DNA of 64,000 nt, from assembly GCA_963787835.1 (NCBI GenBank), contig CAWBEI010000006.1:165577-229576 (forward strand), read 5' to 3'. Source of the stretch: Ignavibacteriota bacterium. Lineage in GTDB: Bacteria; Bacteroidota; Ignavibacteria; Palsa-1295. The notes under the pieces were generated by a model. The model had not been told where the DNA came from. It did not search any database and was given only the letters and a program-made list of their open reading frames with translations. Each line of letters starts with the position of its first letter. Position 1 is the first letter of the stretch. The position numbers and the translations under genes were made by a program. Shown in pieces: positions 1 through 11,988 of this stretch.

Positions 1-193
1 CAGAATTCAGTCTCAATTCATCATGACTCCTAGGGTTTATATCGTCTGGGAGTTTCCCATGGGGAAATTCTGCTATTTTTACATAGCAGTGAATGAATCT
101 AATATCCGAGTTATGGGGATTCGAAAATGACCGAATGAATTCGGCCGGGACGGAAATGCGAGTAATACCCGCATCGGTAGTTGCTTGTGTCAT
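1..193 (-). CDS. 5' part of a protein running off the window edge; possibly AIPR-like (abortive infection phage resistance family)
   Basis: Not in the ORF track. ATG at 193-191 with AAGGAG RBS at ~203-208. Open to base 1: MTQATTDAGITRISVPAEFIRSFSNPHNSDIRFIHCYVKIAEFPHGKLPDDINPRSHDELRLNS. LPxDxNPR resembles the N-terminal motif of short AIPR proteins. Confidence 0.45.
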   Translation of the reverse strand, partial: MTQATTDAGITRISVPAEFIRSFSNPHNSDIRFIHCYVKIAEFPHGKLPDDINPRSHDELRLNS

Positions 194-371
194 TATATTT
201 TCTCCTTGAGCGGGCGCTAGCTCCTAATTTAGTATTTCGATTCTCAGTAGCCTTGAGGGATTATCCTGCAAGTTGCCCTAGCTGAGATCGTGACGCATCA
301 AACGATGAATCGAAAATGAAAACGGATATCCTTCGGATAAGTTTCAGCTAATGAAAAGATTTATGCAAAAT

Positions 372-403
372 AAAAAACCCGCTATTGCAAAGCAATAGCG
401 GGT
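372..403 (-). terminator. Rho-independent terminator of the 23S-5S transcript
   Basis: Perfect stem acccgctattgc-aaa-gcaatagcgggt followed on the minus strand by a T6 tract, directly after 5S. Confidence 0.9.
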
Positions 404-416
404 CAATATAAAAAAC

Positions 417-535
<119 letters not shown>

Positions 536-550
536 TACACTCTGTGTTCA

Positions 551-584
551 GTAACGAGTACCGGGTAACGAGTACCGAGTAATG
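551..584. repeat. Short heptamer-type tandem repeat in the 23S-5S spacer
   Basis: gtaacgagtaccgg gtaacgagtaccga gtaatg. Confidence 0.7.
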
Positions 585-844
585 CGTTTAGAAGAATGCT
601 GCCTTTTAGAGCGGAGCTCTATTAGCAATGAACAAATCATGACAATGTGAGCGGTGACGGGCATTACCGCAGTAAGAAAGAACAATAGTTCAAGTATCAC
701 CAAACACTATAGTGTGCACTCAGTAACAAGCTCCATCATTGCTGATGGATCATACTGCGCACTCTATCATAGAGTCGAGTTCATTCGGGAACGCAAACTA
801 AACGCATGATCGCTCATGCTGTTTGCGTTACAAAATAAATTTAA

Positions 845-3797
<2,953 letters not shown>

Positions 3798-4177
3798 ATT
3801 AAACCTATGATACAGTTAGCAGGTTGCTCTGATTCACATCAGAACTTGTTACTATTGGTGCATCACTACAGTGTTTGATGATCGAGAACGATTCACATCG
3901 TTCATCGACATGTACGGATGGCTCCGTACATCCTGACAACGTCTTGCGACGCTATCAGCCAACTGCATTATTTCAGACGTTTCCGCATGATCGCTCATGC
4001 TTCAACGTCTAAACCTTAGCTCGATACTTGTGTGTATTCGTGTAAAATAATTACACGATTACCCATTTTTTCGCATTTTGATCTTTCTATGTGCACTCTT
4101 TGAACGTCGTTGGCGCGTGGCACGAGGCGTCTCCGCCCGTGACCCGTTTTGATCGCTTACTAAGCCATTCATCGAAT

Positions 4178-4201
4178 GTCACCGCTCAGTTGTCATTGAA
4201 C
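4178..4201 (-). promoter_or_regulatory. boxA-like element and 5' arm of the 23S processing stem
   Basis: gtcaccgctcagttgtcat (4178-4196) is complementary to atgacaatgtgagcggtgac (639-658). A second arm pairs ~3843-3882 with ~696-732. Minus strand reads gttcaatgacaa (boxA-like). Confidence 0.7.
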
Positions 4202-4223
4202 TTTTGGCCCGCCTAAGCAAGCC

Positions 4224-4256
4224 TGTGAACAGTATCGGACTCGAACCGAAAACCTT
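4224..4256 (-). pseudogene. tRNA 3'-half relic (T-arm plus acceptor side), likely the former spacer tRNA-Ala
   Basis: Minus strand tcgg-TTCGAGT-ccga is an intact T-arm; no anticodon or D arm upstream; position just upstream of boxA/23S matches a spacer tRNA. Confidence 0.6.
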
Positions 4257-4678
4257 GTTTTTCTCACATTGAGAAAAATCAATGTCACACCTGTGCTATC
4301 CTATCGTTAAATTATCGTGAAATCCGCCGTTCATGGGCGGGAGGCACATAACGCGCCTTTTATCGCTCGAAGTTCCGCTCTGAGCGACAAATTGAATGAT
4401 TTTCTTGGAATTCTTACTCCGTTTAGGGAGTAAGCCTTGGATCATGGCATGGAGCGGAATGAAAGGCGAATTTCATAATTCATACCTCATCATTCATCCT
4501 TACCCTATGTGAGAGCCCCTCGGCAAAAACCTTCTCGGTACCTATTGGTACGCTCGGGGATGACGTTCAAATTGTGTGGCGTTTAACCTAAGAGCTTCTT
4601 GGTGCGTTCCAAAATTACTGAAATTTTGTAATTATTTCTTTTGTAGCACCGTTCGATTATGTAGAAAGGAACGCGATC

Positions 4679-4918
4679 ATGGAAACATTAAGCCTCATTC
4701 CGTTTAGTCTTGATAACCTTGGAGATGAAATAAAGCCGATGGCTTGGCGTGAACGTCTGCTCGAAATCGTTCGTCGAATAATCGAATTTTTTCAGAATGT
4801 TGCCAATACGCCGATCGAGGGAACCCTAAGGCCGATCGCTATATCCATCCTGACTTTAGCCGTACTCATCTTGGGACTTATTCTGTTTGGGAAGACCCAC
4901 GCCGCTTGCGGGCCGTAA
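4679..4918 (+). CDS. Small hypothetical membrane protein
   Basis: 79 aa, aagga RBS, one C-terminal hydrophobic helix. Confidence 0.55.
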   Translation: METLSLIPFSLDNLGDEIKPMAWRERLLEIVRRIIEFFQNVANTPIEGTLRPIAISILTLAVLILGLILFGKTHAACGP

Positions 4919-4931
4919 TGAATAGAAGTGT

Positions 4932-5622
4932 TTATTTTATTGTAAACCCGATCAGCGTCCATGTTTTTTTGCCCGTCTCCGCACCCGTAACCATATTAGT
5001 GTACCACCCGACATCTATCTCCGTCATTAATTTGATCTGCGGCGCATAATAATAATCGGTATATTGTGTGAACGATGACGACCCACCGTTAGATCCTTTG
5101 ACGGTAGTGGTGTCAATGGCTTGTGCCCATTCGGTAGATAAATTTACGCTGCCCGCATTCAGCGTTGGACCAGGACCGACAAAGTGGGTTTGCATTACAT
5201 CGCTTGAGGATGCGCCAGAATAAAAAGATACATGCGCACCCGCATCACCGCTGAATGGGAATCGCACCCACTCTGGGCCGCCGCCATAGGGCTGTGTTCT
5301 CATTGAGATAAACGCTCACATCCCCGTTCGATGAATACACATAATTATCGCCATTAGAAAATTGCACCACGTTTTGTTGGCCTTCAAACGAGGATTGCGT
5401 TCCCGTAACCGTCGCCGTTACGGTGTCGCTAGATGTCACGTCAAAGCCGCTGATATCGTATTGCCGAACTACGTATGTAAACGAACTTCCGGTCGTCGGC
5501 CCAGAACCTGATGAAGTCGAAGTAGAAGAAGGACTCGTTGATGATGATTTGCAGCCATTCAAACCAAGTGTGATCAAAGCTGCAATCAATAAGTGGAAAC
5601 GAAGATTGTTTTTCATAGACAT
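4932..5622 (-). CDS. Putative lipoprotein, split by a frameshift near 5295
   Basis: ORF 5245..5622 has a signal peptide with lipobox LNG-C and a Ser-rich linker. It continues in ORF 4932..5303 in another frame (QPYGGGPEWVRFPF...). Confidence 0.7.
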
Positions 5623-5639
5623 AGAAAAAATGACGAATC

Positions 5640-6086
5640 ATAAACGTCCGTGAACTTCTATTTTGTTCGAATGGATGTATTCATTTTTCATCGACTCCAA
5701 ATTCCAACTTAATTCGGTCCGGATCTTCAAAATAGATTACAAAATACTTCGGCCCATAATAATCAGCTTCGTAAAGAATCGTAATTCCTTCACGAATTAA
5801 GAAATCCCGAAGTGCAAGCACGTCCTCTTTACTCGAAAGAGCAATTGCAATGTGATCGAGTCCTACCTGCTTTCGATGATACGAAGCTTCTATGAACCGA
5901 GGGTTAACCTCGGTTGAAATAAATATAGAATCCCCCTAATCGCCAGCAAAAACTCTTTTCTTCGCGCTTAATCGTGCTTGCTTCGAAAAAAGAAGAAAGA
6001 AGAGAATAAAAATGATAAGATGTATCGAGATCGCTTACGTTAAGCTCGATATGATGAACGCCGATGACCTTGTTCGATGGTGTCAT
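5640..6086 (-). CDS. VOC/glyoxalase family protein, frameshift near 5910 (3' end approximate)
   Basis: N-terminal GVHHIELNVSDL...FY. After the shift the minus strand reads GLDHIAIA...YFVIYFEDPDRIKLEL, the VOC C-terminal motif. Confidence 0.8.
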
Positions 6087-6163
6087 TATTAAAACCACAC
6101 AACAGCACCTCCACAGCTTTTACTCGTATTAAAGCTGAATCAATAAAATCGAATGTAAATAAG

Positions 6164-6204
6164 AAGCCGTCTTCCATCGCAGTTCTCAGGATGGAAGACG
6201 GCTT
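6164..6204 (-). terminator. Hairpin/terminator after the two orphan genes
   Basis: 15-bp perfect stem aagccgtcttccatc/gatggaagacggctt, 15 nt past the stop at 6219. Confidence 0.75.
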
Positions 6205-6218
6205 AACTTAATAGGTGC

Positions 6219-6602
6219 TCACTTCCCTGTTTCATGCACCGGTGTTCCAATAGCCGACATCAGCGAATTGCAGATGGGCAGGAATGTTCCAAATGTGAGC
6301 GGTCCATCGGGGGTGGCGCTTAGGTTTTTGATCACTTTCGAAAGCGCTTCTAAATGCGCTTTCGTGACCTTCGGATGGCTCTTGATAATGTTCCCAAGCA
6401 GCGCCACCAATCCGTAGAGCGTGGCCGGAGTTCCGTTCGGTACCACCGAGAGCGTGATCTGCATTGCAGTCAGCATCTCCGGCGTCGCGACGATACCGAG
6501 GATTTCGAGGATGTTAATCTCTGCAGTGACCGTCAGCGGCGTGCTCGTTGGTACGACGACTTCAAGCATTGCGAGGAATTTTTTATTTTCTTGCATAAGC
6601 AT
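6219..6602 (-). CDS. Hypothetical protein with internal PxxP(L/A)T-helix repeats
   Basis: 127 aa; co-oriented with the upstream ORF and followed by a terminator. Confidence 0.7.
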   Translation of the reverse strand: MLMQENKKFLAMLEVVVPTSTPLTVTAEINILEILGIVATPEMLTAMQITLSVVPNGTPATLYGLVALLGNIIKSHPKVTKAHLEALSKVIKNLSATPDGPLTFGTFLPICNSLMSAIGTPVHETGK

Positions 6603-6628
6603 GTCCGAGTTTATGGTGAATACTTATT

Positions 6629-6916
6629 TCAAAACAGTGAGCCCAGAATGCTGCCGAGCGGTCCTGCAACATCGTTGATGATCGAGCTGAGTGGATTGCT
6701 CGAAGACTGGCTTGGCTGCTGTGGCTGCGATTGTGCGGGCGTGCCCGTGGAAGTTGGGGTGCTGGGAACCGAAGGCGTTCCCGTTGCGGTACGCATAGGC
6801 GTCCCGCCGCCGGAAGGTCCTTGATATCCATACGGTGGAATAAATCCCATTGTAACCCACCAGGGCGGCGTTGAATACTGACATCCGCAGCAGCATCCGC
6901 TATTGCTTTCGTTCAT
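6629..6916 (-). CDS. Hypothetical Cys-cluster, P/S/T/Q-rich small protein
   Basis: GGAG RBS before ATG at 6916 (MNESNSGCCCGCQY...); low-complexity linker; amphipathic C-terminus. Confidence 0.65.
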   Translation of the reverse strand: MNESNSGCCCGCQYSTPPWWVTMGFIPPYGYQGPSGGGTPMRTATGTPSVPSTPTSTGTPAQSQPQQPSQSSSNPLSSIINDVAGPLGSILGSLF

Positions 6917-7067
6917 TGTTGAGATCTCCATATTATCAGATTATACAAACTAAACTTACGCCCACGCGAGCTATGCTCAAACGTCAAGACGATTGTTGCA
7001 AATTTACAATGAGACCTTCGAAAACCACCCCACAAAAACCCCACGATTTTTGACCGTAACAATTTCA

Positions 7068-7454
7068 TTACAGCCGTGAAAGATGATGGAGAAGTGTTTC
7101 CCCATGCACACACATTTTCCGGCGAGCATTTTCTCGGTGATTTTCTACGGTATCCTCACAAATTCCAAGTAGTTCGGCGATCTTCCAGCTTGGCAACATT
7201 GACTTAACTAAGGCGCACACGCGAAGCTCCATTGGAGTAAGCGTGGGATAGCGATGTGCGATCTCATCCAAATTGTGGGCATAGAACCCGCCGCTTGCAA
7301 GCTCGGCCTGTTCCCATGCAAGATGGCGTTTCCTGCGGCTTCTATGCTTTTTTAGCGATGATGAAGGATGAATAGAGCTTGTAATAGCTATTGACGAGAC
7401 GAGGGTTGAAATAGCACCCTCACCCGATGGCTGATCTATATGTTCGATTTTCAC
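7068..7454 (-). CDS. LuxR/GerE-type HTH transcriptional regulator (start uncertain)
   Basis: YPTLTPMELRVCALVK...SWKIAELLGICEDTVENHRENARRK. Confidence 0.85.
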   Translation of the reverse strand: MKIEHIDQPSGEGAISTLVSSIAITSSIHPSSSLKKHRSRRKRHLAWEQAELASGGFYAHNLDEIAHRYPTLTPMELRVCALVKSMLPSWKIAELLGICEDTVENHRENARRKMCVHGETLLHHLSRL

Positions 7455-7687
7455 ATTTCATTCCCGATTTTCATTAGTGGCAAATGATCCACGTGGGAGA
7501 AGATATCTTATGATGATCACGATCTCCTACATGGCAATAATGTAGTGGGACAGTTGCTTGAAGATCGCCTTGCACTCGAACCGGTGCAACCACTTTCCTT
7601 CCTCAGAGAGAAACCGCTGGATGCGGCCGGAAGGAGCAAACAAAACGATGACTCACAGAAAAGGAGCACCGCTTGTGATCGGATATG

Positions 7688-7697
7688 CAAATATACG
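7688..7697 (-). promoter_or_regulatory. Bacteroidota-type -7 promoter element (TAnnTTTG)
   Basis: cgTATATTTG on the minus strand; the identical 10-mer occurs upstream of genes at 8855-8864 and 49530-49539. Confidence 0.6.
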
Positions 7698-7889
7698 ATT
7701 TAAAAATCGCGAGTTTGAAAAAAGTCAGGCGTTCGGTGGAATGGTGATTTTACGATCAATCACGAGCCGTGTTTACCGACGTTTTTAGTACTCTTCATCC
7801 ACTAGATCATGGCGCGATTGACAACCTCTCTCTTACATGCGTTCGATACGACAAGCATAATAGCGTGGGTAAAGAAATGATTAAATCCA

Positions 7890-8804
7890 TTAAAACTTGA
7901 ATTGATAATTCGTAAGCAGCCCGGTGCTGTTACGATCTTCCAGCGTGGTTGAGGTGGGTATGTTCCAATTGTATTTCAGTCCCAGCGAAAAACTGCCGGT
8001 CGTGGAGCTGTTGGGATATGCGGATAAACTATAACCCGCAGAAACAGTGAACGGAGTAGTTTGCGATAATTGATACTCGCCACGGAAGGAATAGACCTTC
8101 GATGCATCATAATCGGTATAGTCGAAACCGCCGCAGAGATCGAATTCGGGACAAAAGTAATACCCGATGTCGAACCCGGCATAAAATCCATTTTCAGAAT
8201 AGTCATCATTTTCGGTGAACGCATAGCCGAGCTTTCCAGACCCTGTGAAGTTATTCTGTGGAAGCAATTGCCCATATCCTCCAAAATTGAACGCATGGGA
8301 ATTATAGCCTGTCGCCGTATAGTCGGAATAGCTCCAGGTGTCCGTATGGTAGCCTGCTGTAGGCCCAAAACGCCAATTGCATTGGTTCCAAAAATAAATG
8401 GCGTTGAGATCCAGAATGCTTCCATTCAAGGAATAACTGGAAGTCTGACCGGCGTACGAGTAGCTATAGCTATGAGAGTAAGGATGAAAGCCAGCGTCAA
8501 ACTCGAACTGCGATCCTCCGGGGCAAGGACTGCTCAGGATGCCGCCGTTAAAACCATATTGGCTATAGTTCGAACCGAACGAATAATTGGCTCCAACAGC
8601 CGCCGCATTAAAACCGAAATTACCGATACTAAACGCGGGTGTTGCCGCAGGAGCCGGGGCAGCAGCAGGTGCTGGGTATGGCATTCCTGCGCTCGATTGG
8701 GGCGAAATCACATATTGTGCGCAAGCCGGTTGGTTGAGAAGAGCGTTCAAGATCATCATCCAGAAACTCATACTCGCTACTTTCAGTCTTAAATTCTGAA
8801 CCAT
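7890..8804 (-). CDS. Putative outer-membrane beta-barrel protein
   Basis: GGAGG RBS, signal peptide, Pro/Ala linker, alternating Gly/aromatic strands, C-terminal Phe. Confidence 0.7.
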   Translation of the reverse strand: MVQNLRLKVASMSFWMMILNALLNQPACAQYVISPQSSAGMPYPAPAAAPAPAATPAFSIGNFGFNAAAVGANYSFGSNYSQYGFNGGILSSPCPGGSQFEFDAGFHPYSHSYSYSYAGQTSSYSLNGSILDLNAIYFWNQCNWRFGPTAGYHTDTWSYSDYTATGYNSHAFNFGGYGQLLPQNNFTGSGKLGYAFTENDDYSENGFYAGFDIGYYFCPEFDLCGGFDYTDYDASKVYSFRGEYQLSQTTPFTVSAGYSLSAYPNSSTTGSFSLGLKYNWNIPTSTTLEDRNSTGLLTNYQFKF

Positions 8805-8854
8805 TTATTCCTCCTAATTACAAACTCAAGAAAATTACAGTGAATCAACAACCA

Positions 8855-8864
8855 CAAATATACG
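8855..8864 (-). promoter_or_regulatory. Bacteroidota-type -7 promoter element
   Basis: cgTATATTTG about 50 nt upstream of the ATG at 8804. Confidence 0.6.
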
Positions 8865-8876
8865 AAAAAGCTGTCC

Positions 8877-9389
8877 TTAGTGGACAATTTCTACCGGGGT
8901 GCCTATGGGAAGCTCGTCGAAAAGAGCCTTTATATCAGAATTATCGAGCGCAATGCAGCCCCAGGTCCAAGCTCTTCCGGTGCCTCCGCCATGAATCATA
9001 ATTTCACCGCCGAGAGGGGTATTCCATGGCGGCTTTTGGTGGCGTTGCGTAGCATTCAATATCTGGTCGTGTTGGAATTTCGAAATAAGATGCTCGCGCA
9101 ACCCGCGCTCGGCATCGTCGGCATTTGGATAACTCAGTCCTAACGAGAGATAGAAATGGCTGTGGTCGTTCTTCTCGCAGACATAATACTTACCTTCTGG
9201 CGTGCAGCGATCTCCCGCTTTTTGTTTTGTATCTATTGCATTCGTTCCGAGCGCAATACGATAGGCGTGGATATGGGTGTCGTTCGAAAACAGTTCGAGG
9301 ATCCGATCGTGTTTATGGATGATTAATTTCGGATCCTTTAAGAATCCACTACTAAAGTATAGCAAAAGAATTAGAAGGACGCTCGGCAT
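8877..9389 (-). CDS. L,D-transpeptidase (YkuD family)
   Basis: GDRCTPEGKY, LSYPN, IMIHGG...WTWGCIAL catalytic His/Cys motif. Confidence 0.92.
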   Translation of the reverse strand: MPSVLLILLLYFSSGFLKDPKLIIHKHDRILELFSNDTHIHAYRIALGTNAIDTKQKAGDRCTPEGKYYVCEKNDHSHFYLSLGLSYPNADDAERGLREHLISKFQHDQILNATQRHQKPPWNTPLGGEIMIHGGGTGRAWTWGCIALDNSDIKALFDELPIGTPVEIVH

Positions 9390-9402
9390 CAGTTCAACTC
9401 AA

Positions 9403-10182
9403 TTATCGATCTCCTATTTTCCACAAATCAAATCGCTCCGGATATTCAATTCCTTCCAACACTAACCCATGTGCTGGTGCAATATATTTCGCGCGCCAGA
9501 GTTCTTGTGGCGAATGTAAGAGTTTCTCGAATTCTTCAAGCGTGAGAGCCGATTGCCCCACTTGCACCATTGCACCAACCAGCGCGCGCACCATGCCCCG
9601 CACAAAACGGTTGGCTCGAATGGTGAAATATAGATACTTCCCATCCGATTCCCATTTCGCTTCTTCAACAATACAACGGTAATGCTTCACATCGGACGTT
9701 CGCTTACTGAAGCTGGTAAAATCATGTTCGCCGATGAGCAGCGCGGCACATTGTTCGAGTTTTGCAATATCTACATCGCGGCGAATAGCCCAGACGAAAT
9801 TGCGGTCCATCGCTGTTCGTTCGCGCTTAATTGAGTATTGATATTGCCTTGCGACTGCTGAGTGTCGTGCATGGAAATCCTCAGCAACGGGACGAATATC
9901 GAGAATGGCAATATCTTTTGGTGTGGTCGCATTCAATGCCATGATGAGTTTTGGAACGCCCATAGCAATATCGTCGGGAAATTCCAAATGTGCCACCATC
10001 CCCCGCGCGTGAACTCCGGCATCAGTACGTCCAGCACCATGCACCGTAATTGTTCTTGCAAATACTTGAAGAAACGCTTTCTCGATCTCACCCTGAACAG
10101 ATCGCCCTAAAGGGTGGTCACCTTGCGTTTGCCATCCAGCAAATGCGGTTCCATCATACTCAATAAGCAGAGCGAGTTTCAA
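9403..10182 (-). CDS. truA: tRNA pseudouridine(38-40) synthase
   Basis: EYDGTAFAGWQ, GAGRTDAGVHA, FHARHSA, GEHDFTSF. Confidence 0.97.
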   Translation of the reverse strand: MKLALLIEYDGTAFAGWQTQGDHPLGRSVQGEIEKAFLQVFARTITVHGAGRTDAGVHARGMVAHLEFPDDIAMGVPKLIMALNATTPKDIAILDIRPVAEDFHARHSAVARQYQYSIKRERTAMDRNFVWAIRRDVDIAKLEQCAALLIGEHDFTSFSKRTSDVKHYRCIVEEAKWESDGKYLYFTIRANRFVRGMVRALVGAMVQVGQSALTLEEFEKLLHSPQELWRAKYIAPAHGLVLEGIEYPERFDLWKIGDR

Positions 10183-10193
10183 CTCACGATAAT

Positions 10194-10412
10194 CTATGCA
10201 GCCACTGCCATCTTCGATAATGGTAGGGCCGAGGATTCCAATCGAGAAAGATCGACGATCTTACTCGCATCTTCAATATCGATCCCAACCACGTGACCCT
10301 GATCGTCAAAATCAAGAACGATTCCCGGAGCGACCTCTTCGGATTCCGTACTGGGACGATTCGAAAGATCGATATAGAGTGAATCTGTATCAGCGTAGTA
10401 GTCAAACTTCAT
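10194..10412 (-). CDS. DUF2283-family protein, putative antitoxin
   Basis: YYADTDSLYIDL...EEVAPGIVLDFDDQGHVVGIDI. Confidence 0.85.
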   Translation of the reverse strand: MKFDYYADTDSLYIDLSNRPSTESEEVAPGIVLDFDDQGHVVGIDIEDASKIVDLSRLESSALPLSKMAVAA

Positions 10413-10648
10413 TTTATTCTCCTTGCGTACCCTCTGTCGAAGAACGCATTGTGAACCGTCTCACCATCTTCGAGTGTAACGACTCTCAGATATTTGCGCC
10501 ACTCTTCCACGTAAACCCATCTTCGGATACGACCGTTCGGCTGGCTTTCTATTTGTGTCGGCTGAGATAGTGCTAGTTCAACCCATTCCATTTTCAGATA
10601 AGGTCTCTCTTTCAAAACCTTGTCCCGAAAATATGGAGTTGTTTTCAA
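10409..10648 (-). CDS. Putative toxin partner of DUF2283 (RelE/DUF4258-like fold)
   Basis: 79 aa basic protein, GRIRRW...YLRVVTLEDGETVHNAFFDR; 4-nt overlaps with both neighbours. Confidence 0.7.
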   Translation of the reverse strand: MKTTPYFRDKVLKERPYLKMEWVELALSQPTQIESQPNGRIRRWVYVEEWRKYLRVVTLEDGETVHNAFFDRGYARRIK

Positions 10649-11988
10649 TGGGATTCCGTGAGCACTAAATTGCTAACGCCCGCTACATCTTCAACACGCT
10701 CCCGCTCACGGATAAGTCGATACTCCGCTCCATCGACCAGAACTTCAGCAGCGCGTGGGCGAAGATTGTAATTCGATGCAAGGGTGTAACCGTATGCCCC
10801 TGCGCATAGCACAGCAATCGAATCGCCTCGTTTAAGCGCAGGCATTTCACGCGATTGTGCAAGAAAATCGCTTGTCTCACAGATCGGGCCAACCACATCA
10901 ACCTTTTGCGTCGCACCAGCTACAAGTTCCAGCGGTGCAACTTGATGGTACGCTTCATACAGGCATGGGCGAATAAGCTCCGTCATGCCAGTATCTGTTA
11001 TTACGAATTTCTTCTTACTATTTGCTTTCGTATAAAGCACAGTGGCAAGCAGTGCGCACGCATTAGCAACAATGGCCCGACCTGGTTCAAAAATGATTTT
11101 AAGGCCGGTCTGATCGAGGATGGGCAGCACAGCGCCAACGAATTCACTAAGCGATGGCACATACTCCCCTTCTTCCCCCAATTCATCCTTTGGTAACAGC
11201 GGATGACGTACTACATTTCGGTAATGTATCCCCTGACCACCCCCAAAATTTAGATGTTCAAGAACTATTCCGGATTTTACACGAAGCGAGTTTACAAATT
11301 TCACCGTCGAGCGTGCCGCTTTGATGAACGGATCCAAAGAAGTAATCTGTGAACCAATATGAACGTGAATACCTACGACTTCAAGTGCGGGTTGCTTTGA
11401 GGCATAGATAAATGCCTCGCGGGCGTTCTCCATGTCGATCCCGAATTTGTTCTCCTTCAATCCTGTAGAGATATAAGGATGACTTTTTGCATCGACATCG
11501 GGATTGACTCGAATGGATACTTTCGCTCTGATCCTGAACTTTTCTGCAATAGTATTGATCACTGAAAGCTCTTCCATGCTCTCAACATTAAAGGCGTGAA
11601 TGTTAGCCTTCAGTGCAAGCTCGATCTCTGCATCGGTCTTCCCTGTCCCATCGAAGGTAATCTTCTCGGGAGTGAATCCTGCAGCGAGCGATACAAGGAG
11701 TTCACCGGCACTTACCACATCGGCGCCTGAACCTTCAGCCGCTAATATTTTCAAAAGCTCGATATTCGAGTTCGCCTTTAGTGCATAGCTGACATAATGT
11801 TCCTTGCCAGACGACTTGAGTGTTTCATCGAACGCATGAAAGTTTTCAATGATCTGACGCTTGGAATACACATAAAGCGGAGTGCCAAATTCCTTGGCAA
11901 GGTCCGACAATGTGACTTCTTCACAAAGAAGTGACGCTTCCGCGTCGTTTGAATATCTAAATGCTTGTTGATCTAATACGTCGTTCAT
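10645..11988 (-). CDS. lysA: Diaminopimelate decarboxylase
   Basis: GTPLYVYS, YALKANSN, HVHIGSQI, EPGR, GPICETSD, GAYG. Confidence 0.97.
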   Translation of the reverse strand: MNDVLDQQAFRYSNDAEASLLCEEVTLSDLAKEFGTPLYVYSKRQIIENFHAFDETLKSSGKEHYVSYALKANSNIELLKILAAEGSGADVVSAGELLVSLAAGFTPEKITFDGTGKTDAEIELALKANIHAFNVESMEELSVINTIAEKFRIRAKVSIRVNPDVDAKSHPYISTGLKENKFGIDMENAREAFIYASKQPALEVVGIHVHIGSQITSLDPFIKAARSTVKFVNSLRVKSGIVLEHLNFGGGQGIHYRNVVRHPLLPKDELGEEGEYVPSLSEFVGAVLPILDQTGLKIIFEPGRAIVANACALLATVLYTKANSKKKFVITDTGMTELIRPCLYEAYHQVAPLELVAGATQKVDVVGPICETSDFLAQSREMPALKRGDSIAVLCAGAYGYTLASNYNLRPRAAEVLVDGAEYRLIRERERVEDVAGVSNLVLTESH

